From assembly GCA_035221665.1 (NCBI GenBank), contig CM069132.1, positions 51,212,001-51,276,000 of the forward strand: a DNA stretch of 64,000 nucleotides, in the 5' to 3' direction. Positions 37,801 to 54,105 of the stretch are shown piece after piece. Each line of letters opens with the position of its first letter. The first letter of the stretch is position 1. Under the pieces are notes generated by a model. That model saw only the letters and a list, made by a program, of their open reading frames with translations. It was not told the origin of the DNA and searched no databases. Origin of the DNA: Okamejei kenojei. Lineage: Eukaryota. A program made the position numbers and the translations under genes.

Positions 37801-40800
37801 GCCCCGATTGGTCCTCTGGCCTCAAACACAACTTTATGGCAACCCTAACTGACACCATCTCTTGACCTTTCTTTACGTGATGAGGATGTGGATTAGCAGT
37901 GCCCCTTACATTTGCCTTGAGGCAAAATGAGAGAAGCTCCTACTGCTCAACTGTGCACATCATGTCACACACAAAAAAAAACTAGACAATTCAAACTACA
38001 TTTCCTAGCTTGAAAATGAATATATGCAGCACTCTGGCATTTGAATAAATATGCACATTGTGCATTGATGAAAACTGAGCAGGAAGACCAGTGTGAAATA
38101 GTTGCATATGTCATTTGTTGGTTTGTTATTCGCAAAGCAAGCTTTTTCCATTTGAAATCACTACCATTTCTAGCTACACAACACCACCTCTCCAAAGAGT
38201 TACATTTTAAGTAAGGTATTATACAAAAAACTAAAGAAGGCATGTTCACCAAATCCAGTCCTTCAGACCAAAGTGAATACTTTTGTAGGAAAGGCTTTAT
38301 GTACAGCTCACAGAATTCACATAGCAGCAAACTGGGTGGGCTTCTATACTGGTACATATGCAAGATTCCAAATACTGTAGAAGCAATGTTACTAAATAAA
38401 GCTAAGTTACTGATCGATCTTTTTCCACACATTACAACACCCAAAATATTCAGCAGACTTGCATGCAAAAAACTTTAAAGAAACCAAAGTATACAAACTA
38501 ACTTTTCCTATTTGAAAAGTATTTTAGCAACAAACCCAAAAATGTTTTTAAAATTATTTTTTTTAAATGGTTACGAATCTCTAAATCTGCAGAATATCTA
38601 AAAAGCAATTAAAAAAACCCTTTCTATTCAACCTCACAATTGCTAAACTTAATTGAAAAGAAAATATTATTTGAACCACAAAGGAACACATAAACTCAAT
38701 TTTGTGCTGATTGAAAAATGGTAGTATTTAAAATCTAAATACAGCCCATTTATTTTATACACAAATCTAGCCACTATTGGCAAATGTATCTACCCTTTCA
38801 TTTCAAAAGGGGTACTAACACGTGGAAATAAACCACTTTGTCATGCATTGTTTCCATATTCGCAGAACAAAGGCAATTTACACATTAATTTCAAACCATT
38901 TCCACAAGACTGTTTGAATTATTCAAAGCATAGCCAGCCTTTCTATACCCACAACAAGGTTTAGCCTAGAACACCAATGTTAAGATCAAGAATGTTACAC
39001 CCTTTGCGTTACATTTAATAAATGAGAATTTGCACTCATGAGAAACTATGGTTAATTCAAGATCCTCAAACCAAGATTGCGTGCCCCCTTCATTCCTCCA
39101 CAGGGGACAAATTAGATTCATGCACAGACCCCAGAACCAACAAAAAAAATTGTGTTTGGGTTTGTTTGGCAAAGAACACCAAGTTTTAACTCAAATTGAG
39201 CTATGCGGTTCTCTACAAATTTTGAAGACGTTCTCTTTTCCAGAAAGACAACGTTTTTTATTTCAACAATCTAAATTTCAATATGAAGAACACTCATTAT
39301 TATTTTGTAGCATTGACAAATGCAATACCAAATGTAAAATGTATATGTATAAACAATGGATCATATTATGGTGTATTTCTCACAATGTTAATATTAAAGT
39401 TCTCTTATCAAGTATTTGGTAATTCAAATACAGGCATTTAAAACAAAAAATATCTTTAAAGATGACTTTTTTGGAGATGCCACATTGTAACTGTCAATGC
39501 ATTCAGAACTCAGATTGGTGTGGAACACAAAAGATGTTTATGTCATATCTGATCAAACCCATTCCAATGGAATTTAGCACAAAAACAACAAAGCCATAAT
39601 GTAATATAAAATTCAGCACATTGTGTTCGTTTTCAAATGTATATAGTTTTAAATTGTAGAACGGTTAACCAGATTCAGTTTGTAAATATGTTTGCAACAC
39701 AAACATAATACAGGTTTCAAAACCAGATATAAACAAAGGGACAAATTTACAAGCAAAGCAAGGGTAAAAAGATGAACATATTATAAACTTGTCAATTGAT
39801 ATTAGAACACAATTTTTTAATATTAGAGCAAACATTTTAAACAATATTGCTACTGCAATAGAGGATTAAATGACTGTTTTTTAAATAAATGCAAACAGAA
39901 TCTATGTTTTCTAAGGAAAGCCTGAATGATAGCAACAATATTGAAAGTGAACCTGGTCCATATCTATGGGGCTAATTTCCGTGCACAAAGAATGAAGTTC
40001 CAAACCATTGCTAGAATGGTGAATTATATAAAGTTTCAACTTTGAGTGAGAAGAAAACTAAGTCACACTCACTTGTTCAGATGCATGGAAAATCTTACAA
40101 GAATCAACTTTAATTTAGAACAGGTTATACAAAAAACACTTTAAATGAATCATTCAATAAATCAGTCTCATTTTTATATTCAGGTTTAAATGTTCAAGTT
40201 ATGTCATTCACATCACTTTTGCATTCAACCCACATGTACATCAATTGTTACTTCAAATGTCTTCACGCATTGCAATCAAATTGAAAATTTAGTCAAATTA
40301 TTATATACCTAGGTCCTGGAACATGAGTAATGTAGATTTAAACTGTACACATATATGGGTGAAGGAGATTCAACACAGGATTTTATCCAAAAGTTTATTC
40401 TACAAAACACTTCACAATCTCCTTGGATCCATGAAAATATTTTCAGCAACTACCTCTTTGCATTCTATACAAATGTCCAATTTATTTAGAACTAGAGTCC
40501 ATGATCAAAAAGCAGTCAATTAATTTGAACGCTGGAAAACATTCTCAATTGATACACATCTCAAATATGTGTTCACTCTTGAGGCAGAAATACAAAACAT
40601 GTATGTATTCAGCTTGTGGGGAACATCATACCCTGGTCAAATTAATAAAACTTGGAAACATATCCCATCAAAAACTGAAGCTTTAGCATGCTATGTGGAC
40701 TAAATATTATAAAATAACAATTTTGACCATCAATAAACTTTTGATATCACCGCCCCAAAATATGATCCAGTTTCTTGTAATGGTCAGAGCTCTCTCAAGG

Positions 40801-41359
40801 TTTAAGAAAAATTAGTGCTTAGTTCCAATTTTAACCTGTACAAACTCCAAACTGTAGTTGGATAATCTCAGCAGCATTTTATGTTGATTACATTTGCATA
40901 CATGGGAACTATCTAGGAGTAATACACGTTCAGAATCCTTTTGAAATCGATTCAGCTATTCATGTATAATAAAGGAAACGTTTTAACTTTAATCAATCGT
41001 CTTGGGTTTTGTCCCCCTTTGGTTGACAACTCCTCACGTGCTTCTCAGCTAACACAACGTAAAGCATTTCCTGTTGACCCACAAGCTTATAGTATGGCAT
41101 AAGGTCCTATGGCTTTAGTAAATTTCATTTACTAAAGTATTTTAATGAAAAACTAGTGTGAATTAAGGAAATAAGATTATGGACATAATGCATTACCCCA
41201 AAGACACAATAATAAGCAAATTAAAAAGGGCAATTAGATGTTACACAACAGTCGAATACACATGGTTTGGATCACATTTAGCTCTAAATAGACGGATGAA
41301 TAATAAAAGCGTTTTATTTAAATTTATACATGCAAGTTAGAATGAGCGAATCCCTTTAC

Positions 41360-41420
41360 CTTTGACGTTTAGGAACGGAGTGCTCCACTTCTATAGATTT
41401 TCCGTGCAGCTCAACTTTAC
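41360..41420 (-). CDS. IGF2BP3: IGF2BP3 coding exon 2 (61 nt)
   Basis: TTTCTGCAG acceptor (AG at 41422-41421) and GTAAAG donor at 41359. In frame with exon 1 it gives GKVELHGKSIEVEHSVPKRQ-R, the conserved end of IGF2BP RRM1. Confidence 0.95.
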
Positions 41421-42329
41421 CTGCAGAAATTGACAAAATACACTTGTTTACCAAACTACTGCGAATTCAACATATTTTAAAAGTGACCAGTTGATTTATG
41501 TGCGTTTATCTTAGTGTGCAGATATCAGCAACTTCCCAGGTAACAATGTTACAAATCTTTGAATCGGATGAAGAGCTGGAATTCGAACACAGACGCAAAG
41601 AGTTAAACGCACTCTCAAAAGTGATGTAAACAAATACATTAGAAAAAGTCGTGGACAATTGTTATGTATTCTAATTTTCAGCCATGTTTCCAGTGGCCGA
41701 GTCCTAAAGGACACTTTTGGGACTCAGCATGGCCGACCAGAAACGAATTCGCGCTGTCACACGTAATGAACGAAAAAAAACTTCATAGTTGATAATTTCT
41801 GGGACAATGGGATTTCATTTGTCGTTCCCCCCTAAAATTAAAATATAAAAACACAAGTGCACGCTCCCTTCCTGGGCGCGCATTGATTTGAATGATGCTT
41901 CCGAGCTGCCGCTAGGGTCGTTAAAGGCCTACACAATACAATTACGAACCAACTTGCCCATTTTAAGTATTTTTTTTAAACCCATTAGTTTAATAAGTAA
42001 GCGACGAAGCATTCTGCACGGCATTGACCTTCGCTTAGTTTCGTACTAGCCTTTACAATGCTGCAACATTTCATAAACAGCGTGGAAAAAAGACCGCGTG
42101 CCGCTGTAAAAGGATGGAATCGATTATAATAATAATAACTTCGTTAAAAATTGAAGCAGGTAAATAAAGTTTGCAATTTCTTCCGCTGATGCCCGAGCAA
42201 GGGCGGTTTACGCGCGTGTTCTGGAAAGAGTTATTTTTGAAGTGTTCAATAGCAATCATCCTCTCACCAGAGTTTCTGCTAAACCAGGACGCAAGCAGCT
42301 GTTTTAGGCCTCTCCACAAACAAGGTTTA

Positions 42330-43480
<1,151 letters not shown>

Positions 43481-44924
43481 TGCAATGGCTGCTCTTTAAT
43501 AAACGAGACGTAAATACTTTATATATTTAACACTTTTTATTTGTAATTGTGTGGGTTTTTTTTAAACTCCCAATTCCTTAGCTATCGGTTAGACCCACCA
43601 AGAAGATAATTGTAGGATCGCATCGAAATGTTGGTTGGAAGCAATTTTGAAAGTGAACATAGATTTTCTTTAATTTAAATCTGGGTGGTGCGCGATGGCT
43701 CCCACAAGACGTCGATGCCGTTCTAAAATTGGATTTAGATATCTTTGTCTTAAAGGGTCGTTGGTTGTAATATTTACGCATAGATGTTGCCCTAAATACG
43801 AAAATCGATCAAATTTGTAGGCATTCGTGTTGAAACGTAGCGTTATTTATTTTTTAAATGGGAGGGTTTTTTTTGTATTTGTGAAGGAAACAACAACGGT
43901 TAACTCAAATCATATTCTTCAGTTTTAGTGACGAAAGTGTTCAAAATGAACGAACAGAAGAAACCCCACGTCCGAAATTAAACTCGTGTGGGTTTTTCTT
44001 TCTGTTAGCGGACTCGTCTTTAAGAAATTCGGGGTATTGCTGATTTAAACTTGTTTAACGCTAAGTTGCCATTTAATGTTTAAAAAAAATATACCGGTCC
44101 CCCTCCCCTGAAGCTGGAACCCTCTGATAGTTAGAAAATTGTCAATATCTGGTCATTTTTAACCTTTCATTTGTTGAACGTGAATGTAGCTCTCGGCTTT
44201 AACACACAACGCCCTATCGAGCGCACACCACGTTTTTATATCTTTAACATTGACCTAAAACGCGCAATTAATTTGCCATTTCATTTACGTTCGCGACTGC
44301 AAAATTTTTTGTTTCGATCGTATGATTTTTTAAAAAATCGATTGTTACCCTCCTTTCTCCGAAAATCATAATAATCTTAATGAAGTTCAAATATGTAGTG
44401 ATTAGTAATGAGCGACAAATTGTTTTTACTTAAATTGCATGAAAGCGTTATCTTTTCTGATGTAATTAAAGCCCGAAAAATGTTCTGATTGTGTGGGGAC
44501 TTCATGCTTTCAGTGATTCGGTTGATTGTCTATAATTTCCTATTTTTAGAACACTTAACTCTGTACAAGATAAAACAACTGTCTATTGTGAGGATGTGCA
44601 AAGTATGTCTATAGAAGTAACAAAATATGAAAATACCAATTTAATTTGGTTAACGTAAATTTATAATTCAAACACGTACCCCACTTTAAATACAGAAATA
44701 ACTAACTGGACAATGTGATTGAAACGTTTAACCACAGTGCTGTTTTAAAAGCTTCATTTCAGAAGGACAATCCTGGCAGAAATATAATGCAATATATAAC
44801 ATTCAGAATTTGACAATTTACAGAAGATAACTTTATGGCAACATTTGGGAGGGGGGTAACATTTGTATCAGCGCAGTGTAGTTATTCAAGTAGTCAGATC
44901 AAATTTGAAATCTATCTTGTATAT

Positions 44925-45017
44925 TGGATGAAGGGTTTTGGCCCGAAACGTTGCCTATCTCCCTCACTCCATAGATGCTGCTGCACCCACTGAGTTTTTC
45001 CAGCATTTTGTGTACCC
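44925..45017 (+). mobile_element. Penelope-type short repeat with hammerhead-like motif
   Basis: GATGAAGGGTTTTGGCCCGAAACGTTGCC...CTCCATAGATGCTGC...CAGCATTTTGTGTACC. Confidence 0.7.
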
Positions 45018-48000
45018 ATGAAATATACCTTAGTTTTTTTAGCTCTTCGATAAGTTGTTTTCGAATTTGGTTTAAATCCCAGAAATCCCAGGAAGTTTAA
45101 TTTGGAAGCTATCAAAAAGCTGACCAAAAGCTTATATTTTTAAAAATGTGATATTTTAATTGGGAAACCCAAGTTTCCAAATATAAAATGTTGACTGCTT
45201 TTGTGGTTAAAAATACCCATTTCAACTTTATGTACCTGGGTTTGTTAATGTTGTAAAAAAACATTATTATTTCAAACTAACCTCGCGTTCCTAATTTGCA
45301 AAAAAAAACATAGTTGTGCAGTTGGTATGTGTGATAAGAACTTGTCATTAAACTTTTATATTTATATAAAAGTTTGAATTTTGGGGGGAATTTTCTTCCA
45401 TAATATTTTAAACTAAAATCTTAAATCTGATGTATGCCTTCTTTACACTAGAGTATATAATATTGGACATTTGTTTTATTACTTTATTGTAATCCTTGCA
45501 AACCGAATGATTATATCAAATGTTAAGAAGTTACGAACATGGAGTAAAACCTGCTTTGATTAAGGACAAATGAAGTGGTGATTGATTTAAAAAAAAAACT
45601 TTTCAAACAGTTAAATAACATATGTTTGTGAAGAAGAACAGTTCTTTATTTTTTTCTTTACATTCGGGGTAATCCTGATAGTGAATTTAAATAACTGATT
45701 TATATTAAAGTGCTTGACCTCTGAAGTTTGCATATCCAAATAAATATATTGGATTTATAATTTACACTGTTCAACATATTTAGTTGTCAAGTGTTTCTTT
45801 AATGCATAAACATAAAATTGAAATATTATAAAACAAGTTTTAAACTATTATGAAAGATATGCAATTTTATGGAATAATAAGTTTGAGAATGATTTTGATA
45901 ATTACAGTACAAAATGGATTGTGTTCTTTGTTATTAAATCCAAGACACTTTTAAAAGTTTTAATCAGGAATATTCATGTTTTATGGAAGTATTTGCATTT
46001 GTTATATGAATATGCAAATACAATCTGATATTGTAAATTTTGTTGCTTGATGTGAATCTAGCCGGTTTAAAGCTTTGATTGGACCAATCTAATGAGGCAT
46101 AATTCTGTGCACGATTTAAACGTAGTTTTTGTTTTTAAAAGTCCACATATACAAACTAATGGCATTGTTTTATTTCGGGCTGCTTTACGTAAAATTGACT
46201 GTATTGGTGTTGATATTTGAATCCCTTCATCTTTCATGATAAGTTGTGAAACTATCATATTGACGTCACTAATGTTTCTGTAATCATTCTCACAACTTTA
46301 GAATTATTAAAATATGCATTGTTAATAGTTTCTGGGAATCCTGCACTCTGTATTCTGCAACTTTCTAATAAAGCTGATTGCATTTTCTGTTGAAGCATGT
46401 GTGTTTGGAGTAGACAATATACTGTGTAATCAATTTATCTATCTCACATTTTACACAAAGTTTTTTGTTTTTTGTATGAGATCAATTATTGTAAGTACAT
46501 ACAAAAATTCTGGTCCAAAACACTAGTATATTAACATATGAACTAATCTTGTGCATATATTTCCATTTTTAATTTATAAATGTTCTGATTGCCATTGTTA
46601 CCATGTGCATTTACTTAGATCATATGTTTAAAGAAATATAAATCTTACTTTTTCAATAACATACATGTGGTTGGTCTTCAGTTCATGCATGTCAAAGCAT
46701 GAAAGGTTAATGCTGATGTAGAGGTAACAGTTTTAAAATTGTTAGTGTGCATGAATCATTAAGTAAAAATGGGGGGAAGAAAGCCTTTCCCATGTCTATG
46801 GACAGTATGAAGATGATAATGGAAATAAACGTGGTCTATTAAAATGTTGATGTACGAAGAAAGGCAAACTTGGGCTAAGTGTTGGGAATCTTTGGAAGGC
46901 AAGAGGGTGGATAAGCCAGATGTAATAATGTTTCTGAAAAGAGCAGGGAATAATTAACCAAGTAATGCCCTTTTCTAACACATTTTATTAATGTTAGAAA
47001 AATGTTTTTAGAGAAATGGAAATGAGCTTTGCAATGGACTCTATTTCATTAATCTGATTTGAAACGTTAAGAAAAAACTTGAATGTTGCATATTAAAAAT
47101 CAAAGTGATATTCTGTTTGGGGAAGGCAGTTGCTTTATCCCGATCCTATTCTAGCCATGTTTGAAATATTGTGTATTCATAAGGTTCAACAAAGATCCAC
47201 TGAAGCCAGCTGCCGAAGCATAGCGAAAATACTACTAACAGTTCCCTTTTTGGTACTCTTCTATTTCAAGCGTTTGAATTTGGTTTTTGCTCTAACTTTC
47301 CAACATAACCTCACTTTAGAAATCAAATCTGTTTTCCTCCCTCAGGCTCCATCAAGTAATAGGTGTTGATACTTGTGTGTAATCAATTCTCCTTGTGATT
47401 TATATAATCAGTTGTCCTCACTAATTCTCCATTAGAGGTAAAGGTCTGATAAGCGAATAATGACAAGTTCAAATGGAGGTAGGTTTTGTTGGTGAAATTT
47501 GGGTATAATTTTTTTAGAATTCTGGTTTAGATTTTTATTTTTTTTAAAATCATAAATGAAGAGCCTTTAATATTATTGTGTACCGTTTGTTGAAGATTCA
47601 GAATGCCTAGTTTTCTACTAAGTTTAACGATTTTTAGTTTGTGTTTCTCTCAATGATTAAACAGAAGTGTCAAATAAGCCATTCATCCCCTTGTGCCAAT
47701 GCCTGTGTTTGAGAGAACTATCCATTTAGTTTGATTTTTCCTTTGTACCATTCCTAATACACCAATTAAACTTGGTATAAGATTTGCTTCTAATTTTATG
47801 TTGTTTAATTCGTTAAGATTCAAATCATCAAACTCCCTATATAAATAAAAATGACATATTAATTACAAGTAAATATAATTACCTACTGAAATATTATTCG
47901 ATTTGTAGCTTACTGTCTTAATTAGATAAGAGGTTCAGTTCGAGTAAATTATAAAATAGTAGTATTTTCTGAACTTTTTATATGCATTAGAGAAGTTGTA

Positions 48001-51000
48001 GTAATATTTTAAACATTGTCGTACATAGCTAAGTATTTGAAAACTTAGATTCATGCAACTAAAGGGATTCTAAGTTCAGCTGTTTTGTAAATTGTTCAAA
48101 AAGTGTTCTAAAGAGAGACTTGCTTTTAACAAACCATGCAAAGGAATTTTCAGGTTTCCTCATCAATTGAATATTAAAAATATAGTATTTAATCTGAATC
48201 ACTTAATTTAGATCTGTGTACATAATTTAATTTGTGGTCATTTGTTTACAAATGTATTTCTTCAGTCAGAACTATATTTTTACAAATTAATTTATAATTC
48301 ACGTTACCTACTGACTGGTACCTGAAATTTAATGGAGATTTGTTTTTTTTAAGCAGGAGAAAGGTGTAGAAATAATATCTGTTCCTTTAGAAATTTTAAT
48401 TTTGTATGTAGTCTGTCACAAAATTATCTATTAACCAACGATTACTTTATAGAACATTTATTTCATTTATGTTATTAGACATCAAAGAGCCACTGAATAC
48501 AGATGTGCAAAAATAAAGCTTTAAATTAATTCAATGAAGTGATTTATAAATTGCCACATTAAAAACAACATTCACCAAAAGTAATTCATATTGGTATTCG
48601 TTATCCTCTTATCTAAACCACCTGAGTTACATTTTGTGTGTTGAATGCATAGTCATTCCATAGTTAACCTTGGAAATGGTTTGGATGTAACCAAATCGTA
48701 CAACAATGAATGCTGATGGGTGGAGATAATCACTTCTGTACTAAGGGGTATTTATAGAATTTCAAAATGTTCATCAAGACTACTATTATGAAAAGTTGTA
48801 AGAAATTGTATTATGATGAAGAGTAACTCAAGAACAATGAAGCTCTAAAGCATATGGGTGTTAATCTAAATTCATGGTATGAAATTCTGGAATGCCAGGT
48901 GGAATTTGAACTACTTTTCCTATCTACAATTGACACTTTATGTGGACATGGATATCAAAACAAAAAAGTGTGTACACAGCTATCGATGTCCAACTTCTAA
49001 TCAGGAAAAGGAAAACCATGAATGTAATTGTAAAATATTTTAAATTGTATTCGATATACCACTGTCAACGAGACTAATAATAATTAATTGCAAGTTTACA
49101 TTAAATGCAAATTAAGTTATTACTACAATTGTGTTATGTAACATTCAGAATATTTGCAGTTTGGGGCTCAAAATATTCTTCATAGAGAAAATGTTGAATC
49201 CAATGACAATGAGTATTTGTAAAGACAAATTATTAAAATAGTTATTACTGGAGATGTGAGTGAGAAGTAAACAGAGAAAATGCAAATTTTGCTTTGTTGA
49301 AATGATTACTGAGTAAGTGTCTGAATAAAAGATTGAATGTGTGAAGTAGAGATTAGAAGAAACCTTTTAATATAACTTGATTCCTTTGAAAATCAATTAA
49401 TTTATGATCAACTAACAGTTGAAATAGATGTTGAAAGGATATTTGTTAATTTATAACAAATAATGAAACATTAGACAGCATTTTTAATGTACTACTTAAA
49501 TTTTTCATGTGAAATTTTAAGTGCTGTAGCACTAGGAAAATATAGTCTTATTTTTGGTTTGTTTGTATTCAAAAGGGAGAAATCTGTCTATTTTTAGTTT
49601 TGATTGGGAGAACAGTTAGATTCTGCTATGACGATCAGTAACCTGATCAATGATTGGTCATTAAAATGAAGAATGTACAGTTGGAAGAGATACCAGTACT
49701 TGTGTAGCCACACTTGAGTCTTCAGAAGGGATGAGAGAATACTTTGGGGAGTGGTTGGAAGGAATAAAAGATTAGAATTGTAAATTGGATTATGTTCATT
49801 TGGGGGAAAATATAAATTAATTGAGACCATATTTTAATAGCGATTTACAAATTAGGTAAATTTAGTGAAAGAAATGAGAGGAGATTTGATAGATGGAAGA
49901 TTTAGATATGGCAGGTGACGTTTTTCCTCATTTGCCAATGATTCAGGGACATGAGCAGCTGATTCCAAATAATGGGCAAAGAAAGTGAACTTCGTTCATT
50001 GCGAAATGATCCAAAAACTTGCAGCCTGCAAAGTTGCAAACTGGATCAATTAGGGCTTTCAAGTGATAATTGGATGGGTACTTGTATGGTGAGGAATAGT
50101 TTGCAGAGTTGCAAGAAAAGAATGCTGTGCAAGGGAGCTGACTATCTGGAGGCTGAATGGCCACATGTGCAGTAACAATCCTCTGAAATAACAAATGTTC
50201 CAGTGTAAGCATGCAAAAACATGTCTATGGACACATTTTAGCTTAATGTTACAATATTTTAAAATTGTGCTCTTAACATGGTGCTGTAGTTTGTCTACAT
50301 GTTGAATGTTTCACAAACCAAAATTGGTTAAAACAGAAATGTTGCCAAACAGAAGTACATGGTTTATTTTGTGACTACTGCAATGTGCACCGTTACCTAA
50401 ATTAGGGAGTGTCTAAATATTATAAACACAAGGATGAAATGTAATTCAATTTATACAACAAAATAATGTAGCATCTTTGACAGATTTGTTACTAATTAGT
50501 AAGATGTTTTAAAAAATTTGAGTTTTAAAAATGTAGACCCGATTTATGCCAAATGGACTTCATCTACCTAAGAATTAAATTAGAAAGATTAAATTTTACA
50601 TTGATATTTAAAGCAGAAAAGGGGAGAAAATACTAATTGAAAACACTGTCATGTTTGTTCATTTAAAGTCATAATTTCTAAACTAGTTAGAAATTTTAAA
50701 ATTAGTTCTGACAAGCAATTGATTTGAGCATGTTGGAATATGGAAAAGATGGGAAACAATAGTTAATAATTAAATGTGTAGTAAGTGGGCTTGTTTTTGA
50801 GTAATAAATGATTCCAGAATCTCTGCATTTATTAACAAAAGGTGAGATCATTCAGTTTGATAACTAAATAATCCAACCTCGATAGCTGGTATATATAGTT
50901 AGAAATGTGTGACTTAATTAAAAAAATTAAAAATTAGGAATTGCCAATAGATCGAATGTTCGAACTTAAAGCTTGAATCAGAATCAACAAACTACAAAAT

Positions 51001-52314
51001 CACATTTGTTCTGATATTTCAAAATGTTCTATACAAATTCATAATTTAGGCACAATCTTTCCAAAGTGAAAGGTGGAAATTTGGAGTCAGGATATCAAAA
51101 AATAAACAAAAACAAATGTTGACTACATCAGGCAATATCTGTGGCGAGAGCAATGGAATATAGGTCCCTTCATCAGAACGGAGTCCATGGATTTCAATAA
51201 CCAGTTTATACCCACCATTGTGCTAACAACTAGATTTCTAAATTCTGTTATAGTATTATGCGTACATTTAATAATTTGCAGTTTCTGTGAATCGTGGGAA
51301 AGCTGGTGAAAGGTCTTACATTTTTTAATTACAAAATACAATTGCCTATGTATCTGCAAACTTCCCACTACCAACAAAAATTAGTGCTCTGTTAATGGTC
51401 ATGTTTCCACTTAGAATTGATTTGAACAGCTTCAAATACTTTTTTTTTAAATCATTCCACATGTATATCAAATGATTCAAACTATAAATATGTTGGTGAG
51501 ACTATTAATCTCATAACTTGTGAATGAAATAATCATTAGTCTGACAACAGACGGATCGGGACCTTGATCAATTAAGATTTTGTACTTAAATATTTAATAC
51601 CATCTTTAAAGTAATTAGACTTACTTTTTCACTGTTAAAGTTCATCAAGGCTAATTTAGCCTTCTACATTTAAATAGGGAAAAAAAGATACAAATTCAAG
51701 AGAAAGCACATCTCAATTTGTTGTATCTAGATTCCAATAATGTACATAAGCCAACAGAAAAATAAGATGCAGTCAGATTTAATATAAATTTCACAATGTA
51801 TAGAAAAACAAAGGTGATGACTTTAACATAAGTGTTTAGTGGAAAGGTGGACAATAAACAGTACCACCAACTCTATTAAAGACTGGTGTTGAGATGCTTA
51901 ACAGCAGTTAGTAAGGAGTCGTGATACAGCAGAAATAATAAATGGCTGCCTTGCATTAATCATCACTAACTGCTATTATTAATAAAGGTTTTATTAGTTT
52001 GTTATAAAGATGATTTTAGCCCAGTAAGAATTGCCTACCTGAGAGTTATTAATACGTTATCACGTAAGATGTTTAGAAATACTAAAGTCTTCAGGAATTG
52101 CCAGTAACCTTTAACAATATCCATTCTTTAGTGGATTTGGATCAGCTGGTTATCTTTGATTGTCATAAGTATTAATTTAGGACTATTGCTATTTACCATT
52201 TTAGTAAAGATAGAGTTGTAGGCTTTAGAATAATCCACAAATTTACAAGCAAGACAAAGCCCACGTGTAAGATTTATAGATGTTGTGGACACTTGAAACT
52301 AAACGGCTATAGAT

Positions 52315-52447
52315 CAGTATGAAGAAGGGTCTTGAATGGGAAATGTCACCCATTCCTTCACTCCAGAGATGCTGCCTGTCCTGAGTTACACCAGCATTTT
52401 GTGTCTACTTTTGATTTAAACCAGCATCGGCAATTCTTTTCTGCACA
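52315..52447 (+). mobile_element. Penelope-type short repeat with 9-bp TSD
   Basis: GCTATAGAT at 52306-52314 and 52448-52456. Internal GAAGAAGGGTCT...GTCACCCATTCCTT. Confidence 0.75.
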
Positions 52448-53799
52448 GCTATAGATAAAATCAAGACTGGGATAGTATTTGACATTTTCTGGTATTAACA
52501 AAAGCTTTTCACTGTACCTTGGTATACGTGATAATAATAAACTAAACTTTGCACAGCATGAAATGTATATATAAATAAATAAACCAATATAGATATGATT
52601 AATCTTTTGAAAAAGATGTGGATTTTTGAGAGACTAAAAATGGCAATCAAATTGAACTATTGAAATTGCACAAATTGTGCAACTAACGGGTTTAGTTTAT
52701 TGTCACATGTACTGAAGTAAACAGCCTTAATACAGGCAGGTACAAATGTTGCTAATTGAGACATCCATGCTTCAAGATTGGTGCTGAGCTGGTTACACTT
52801 TAAAACATTTTTTTGGTTTTGAAGCTGCAACATTTAAGTCCAAAGATTTTAGACATACGATTTTATGGCTAGATTTCACTTTATGTTCCAAGTCCATTTC
52901 TGGTTCCATTGGAGACCACGACGATCTAACTTCTCTTCCTTACGAAGGAATTTGAGATAATCAATCAGAGATATTTAAAAAATGAAGGAAAAAAGATTAT
53001 TCCAGAATATTTTAAAATTAATTGTTCTGTAACCTCATAAGTTGAAACTATCAAATATAACTGCTAGGATAACATCAGAATGAAACTTAATTAAACACAA
53101 AGAATTAGCAGTCCAAACCCTAGAATCATCTAAAATATTCAGATCAAGGTTCTCAAAGATCTCTAATTCCTGTCATGGCTGTCCAACACAAACACTTCAA
53201 ATTGATGTCCTATGCATAGAACCCAATATAACAGAGCTTCTATCTTGGGAGGGCGAGGGGAGCGGGTAGTATTCCATCTAACTTGACAACCAGTTAACTA
53301 AATCCATGCAATAAGGACGTCCATGCATCTAAATTTTGTTTTTATCATACTTTAAATTTATTTATCTCAGAAGGTTTAGAGGATTTGGCCATGGCCACAA
53401 ATATGATTGTAAGTATGTGCTAGTGCGGTGTTGCAGAAGTACACAATAGAGGTGGTTCCTTTGGTTAATGGTGAATGTGAATGGAATTCCAGAAGGACAT
53501 TACTATTGAACACCACACATTTAAAACAACTGGATGTTGAACTAGGAGCAGAATTATCATCTTTCTGGCAGGATGAATCAGTGGGTTAGATGTTGTTCCA
53601 CAAATATAAGTAATCCATGCAAGGTGGTGCATTTGATTCAAAGTGCTCAAAAGTGCTAATTCTGTATTTTGTTTAAATGGAGAAAGAACAAACTAGAATT
53701 TTAAAAAACATTTTCACCACCATCTGGCACATCTTGCTTTATTAAAACTAATTTTGAACCTGGGGCAATGTGGTCCTTCCATAAGGTAGGTACTGTCTG

Positions 53800-54013
53800 A
53801 GTTCCCTCTACCTCATTGCAGACATTGGATGTTGTCTCTGGGACTATTGCACTATAAAATTATAATCATGCACTCAGCACCTTTTCCTTCAGTCAACTAT
53901 TGTACTTGAGTTTGACTTAATTCTTTTTGTGTATAGTATTTTCCCATTTCATTGGATCACATACAAAATAAAGCTTTTCACTGTACCTCAGTAAACATAA
54001 TTCTAATAAACCT
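53800..54013 (+). mobile_element. LINE 3' tail family (AAAGCTTTTCACTGTACCTC..ACGTG..AATAAAC)
   Basis: The same tail recurs near 1415-1470, 19975-20030, 52500-52548 and (minus) 52692-52720. Clade uncertain (L2 or Rex-like). Confidence 0.5.
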
Positions 54014-54015
54014 TT

Positions 54016-54105
54016 GATAGACACAAAAAGCTGGAGTAACTCAGCGGGACAGGCAGCATCTCTGGAGAGAAGTTTCTGGGTGACGTTTCGAGCCGAGACC
54101 CTTCT
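54016..54105 (-). mobile_element. Penelope-type short repeat
   Basis: Minus strand reads AGAAGGGTCTCGGCTCGAAACGTCACCC. TAATAAACCT direct repeat at 54004-54013 and 54110-54119. Confidence 0.75.

Larger units (their letters stand above)
1..41359 (-). other. IGF2BP3: IGF2BP3 intron 2 (continues beyond window start)
   Basis: No exon-3-like sequence (RKLQIRNIPPHLQWE) recognised between the exon 2 donor and position 1. IGF2BP genes have very long second introns. Confidence 0.7.
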
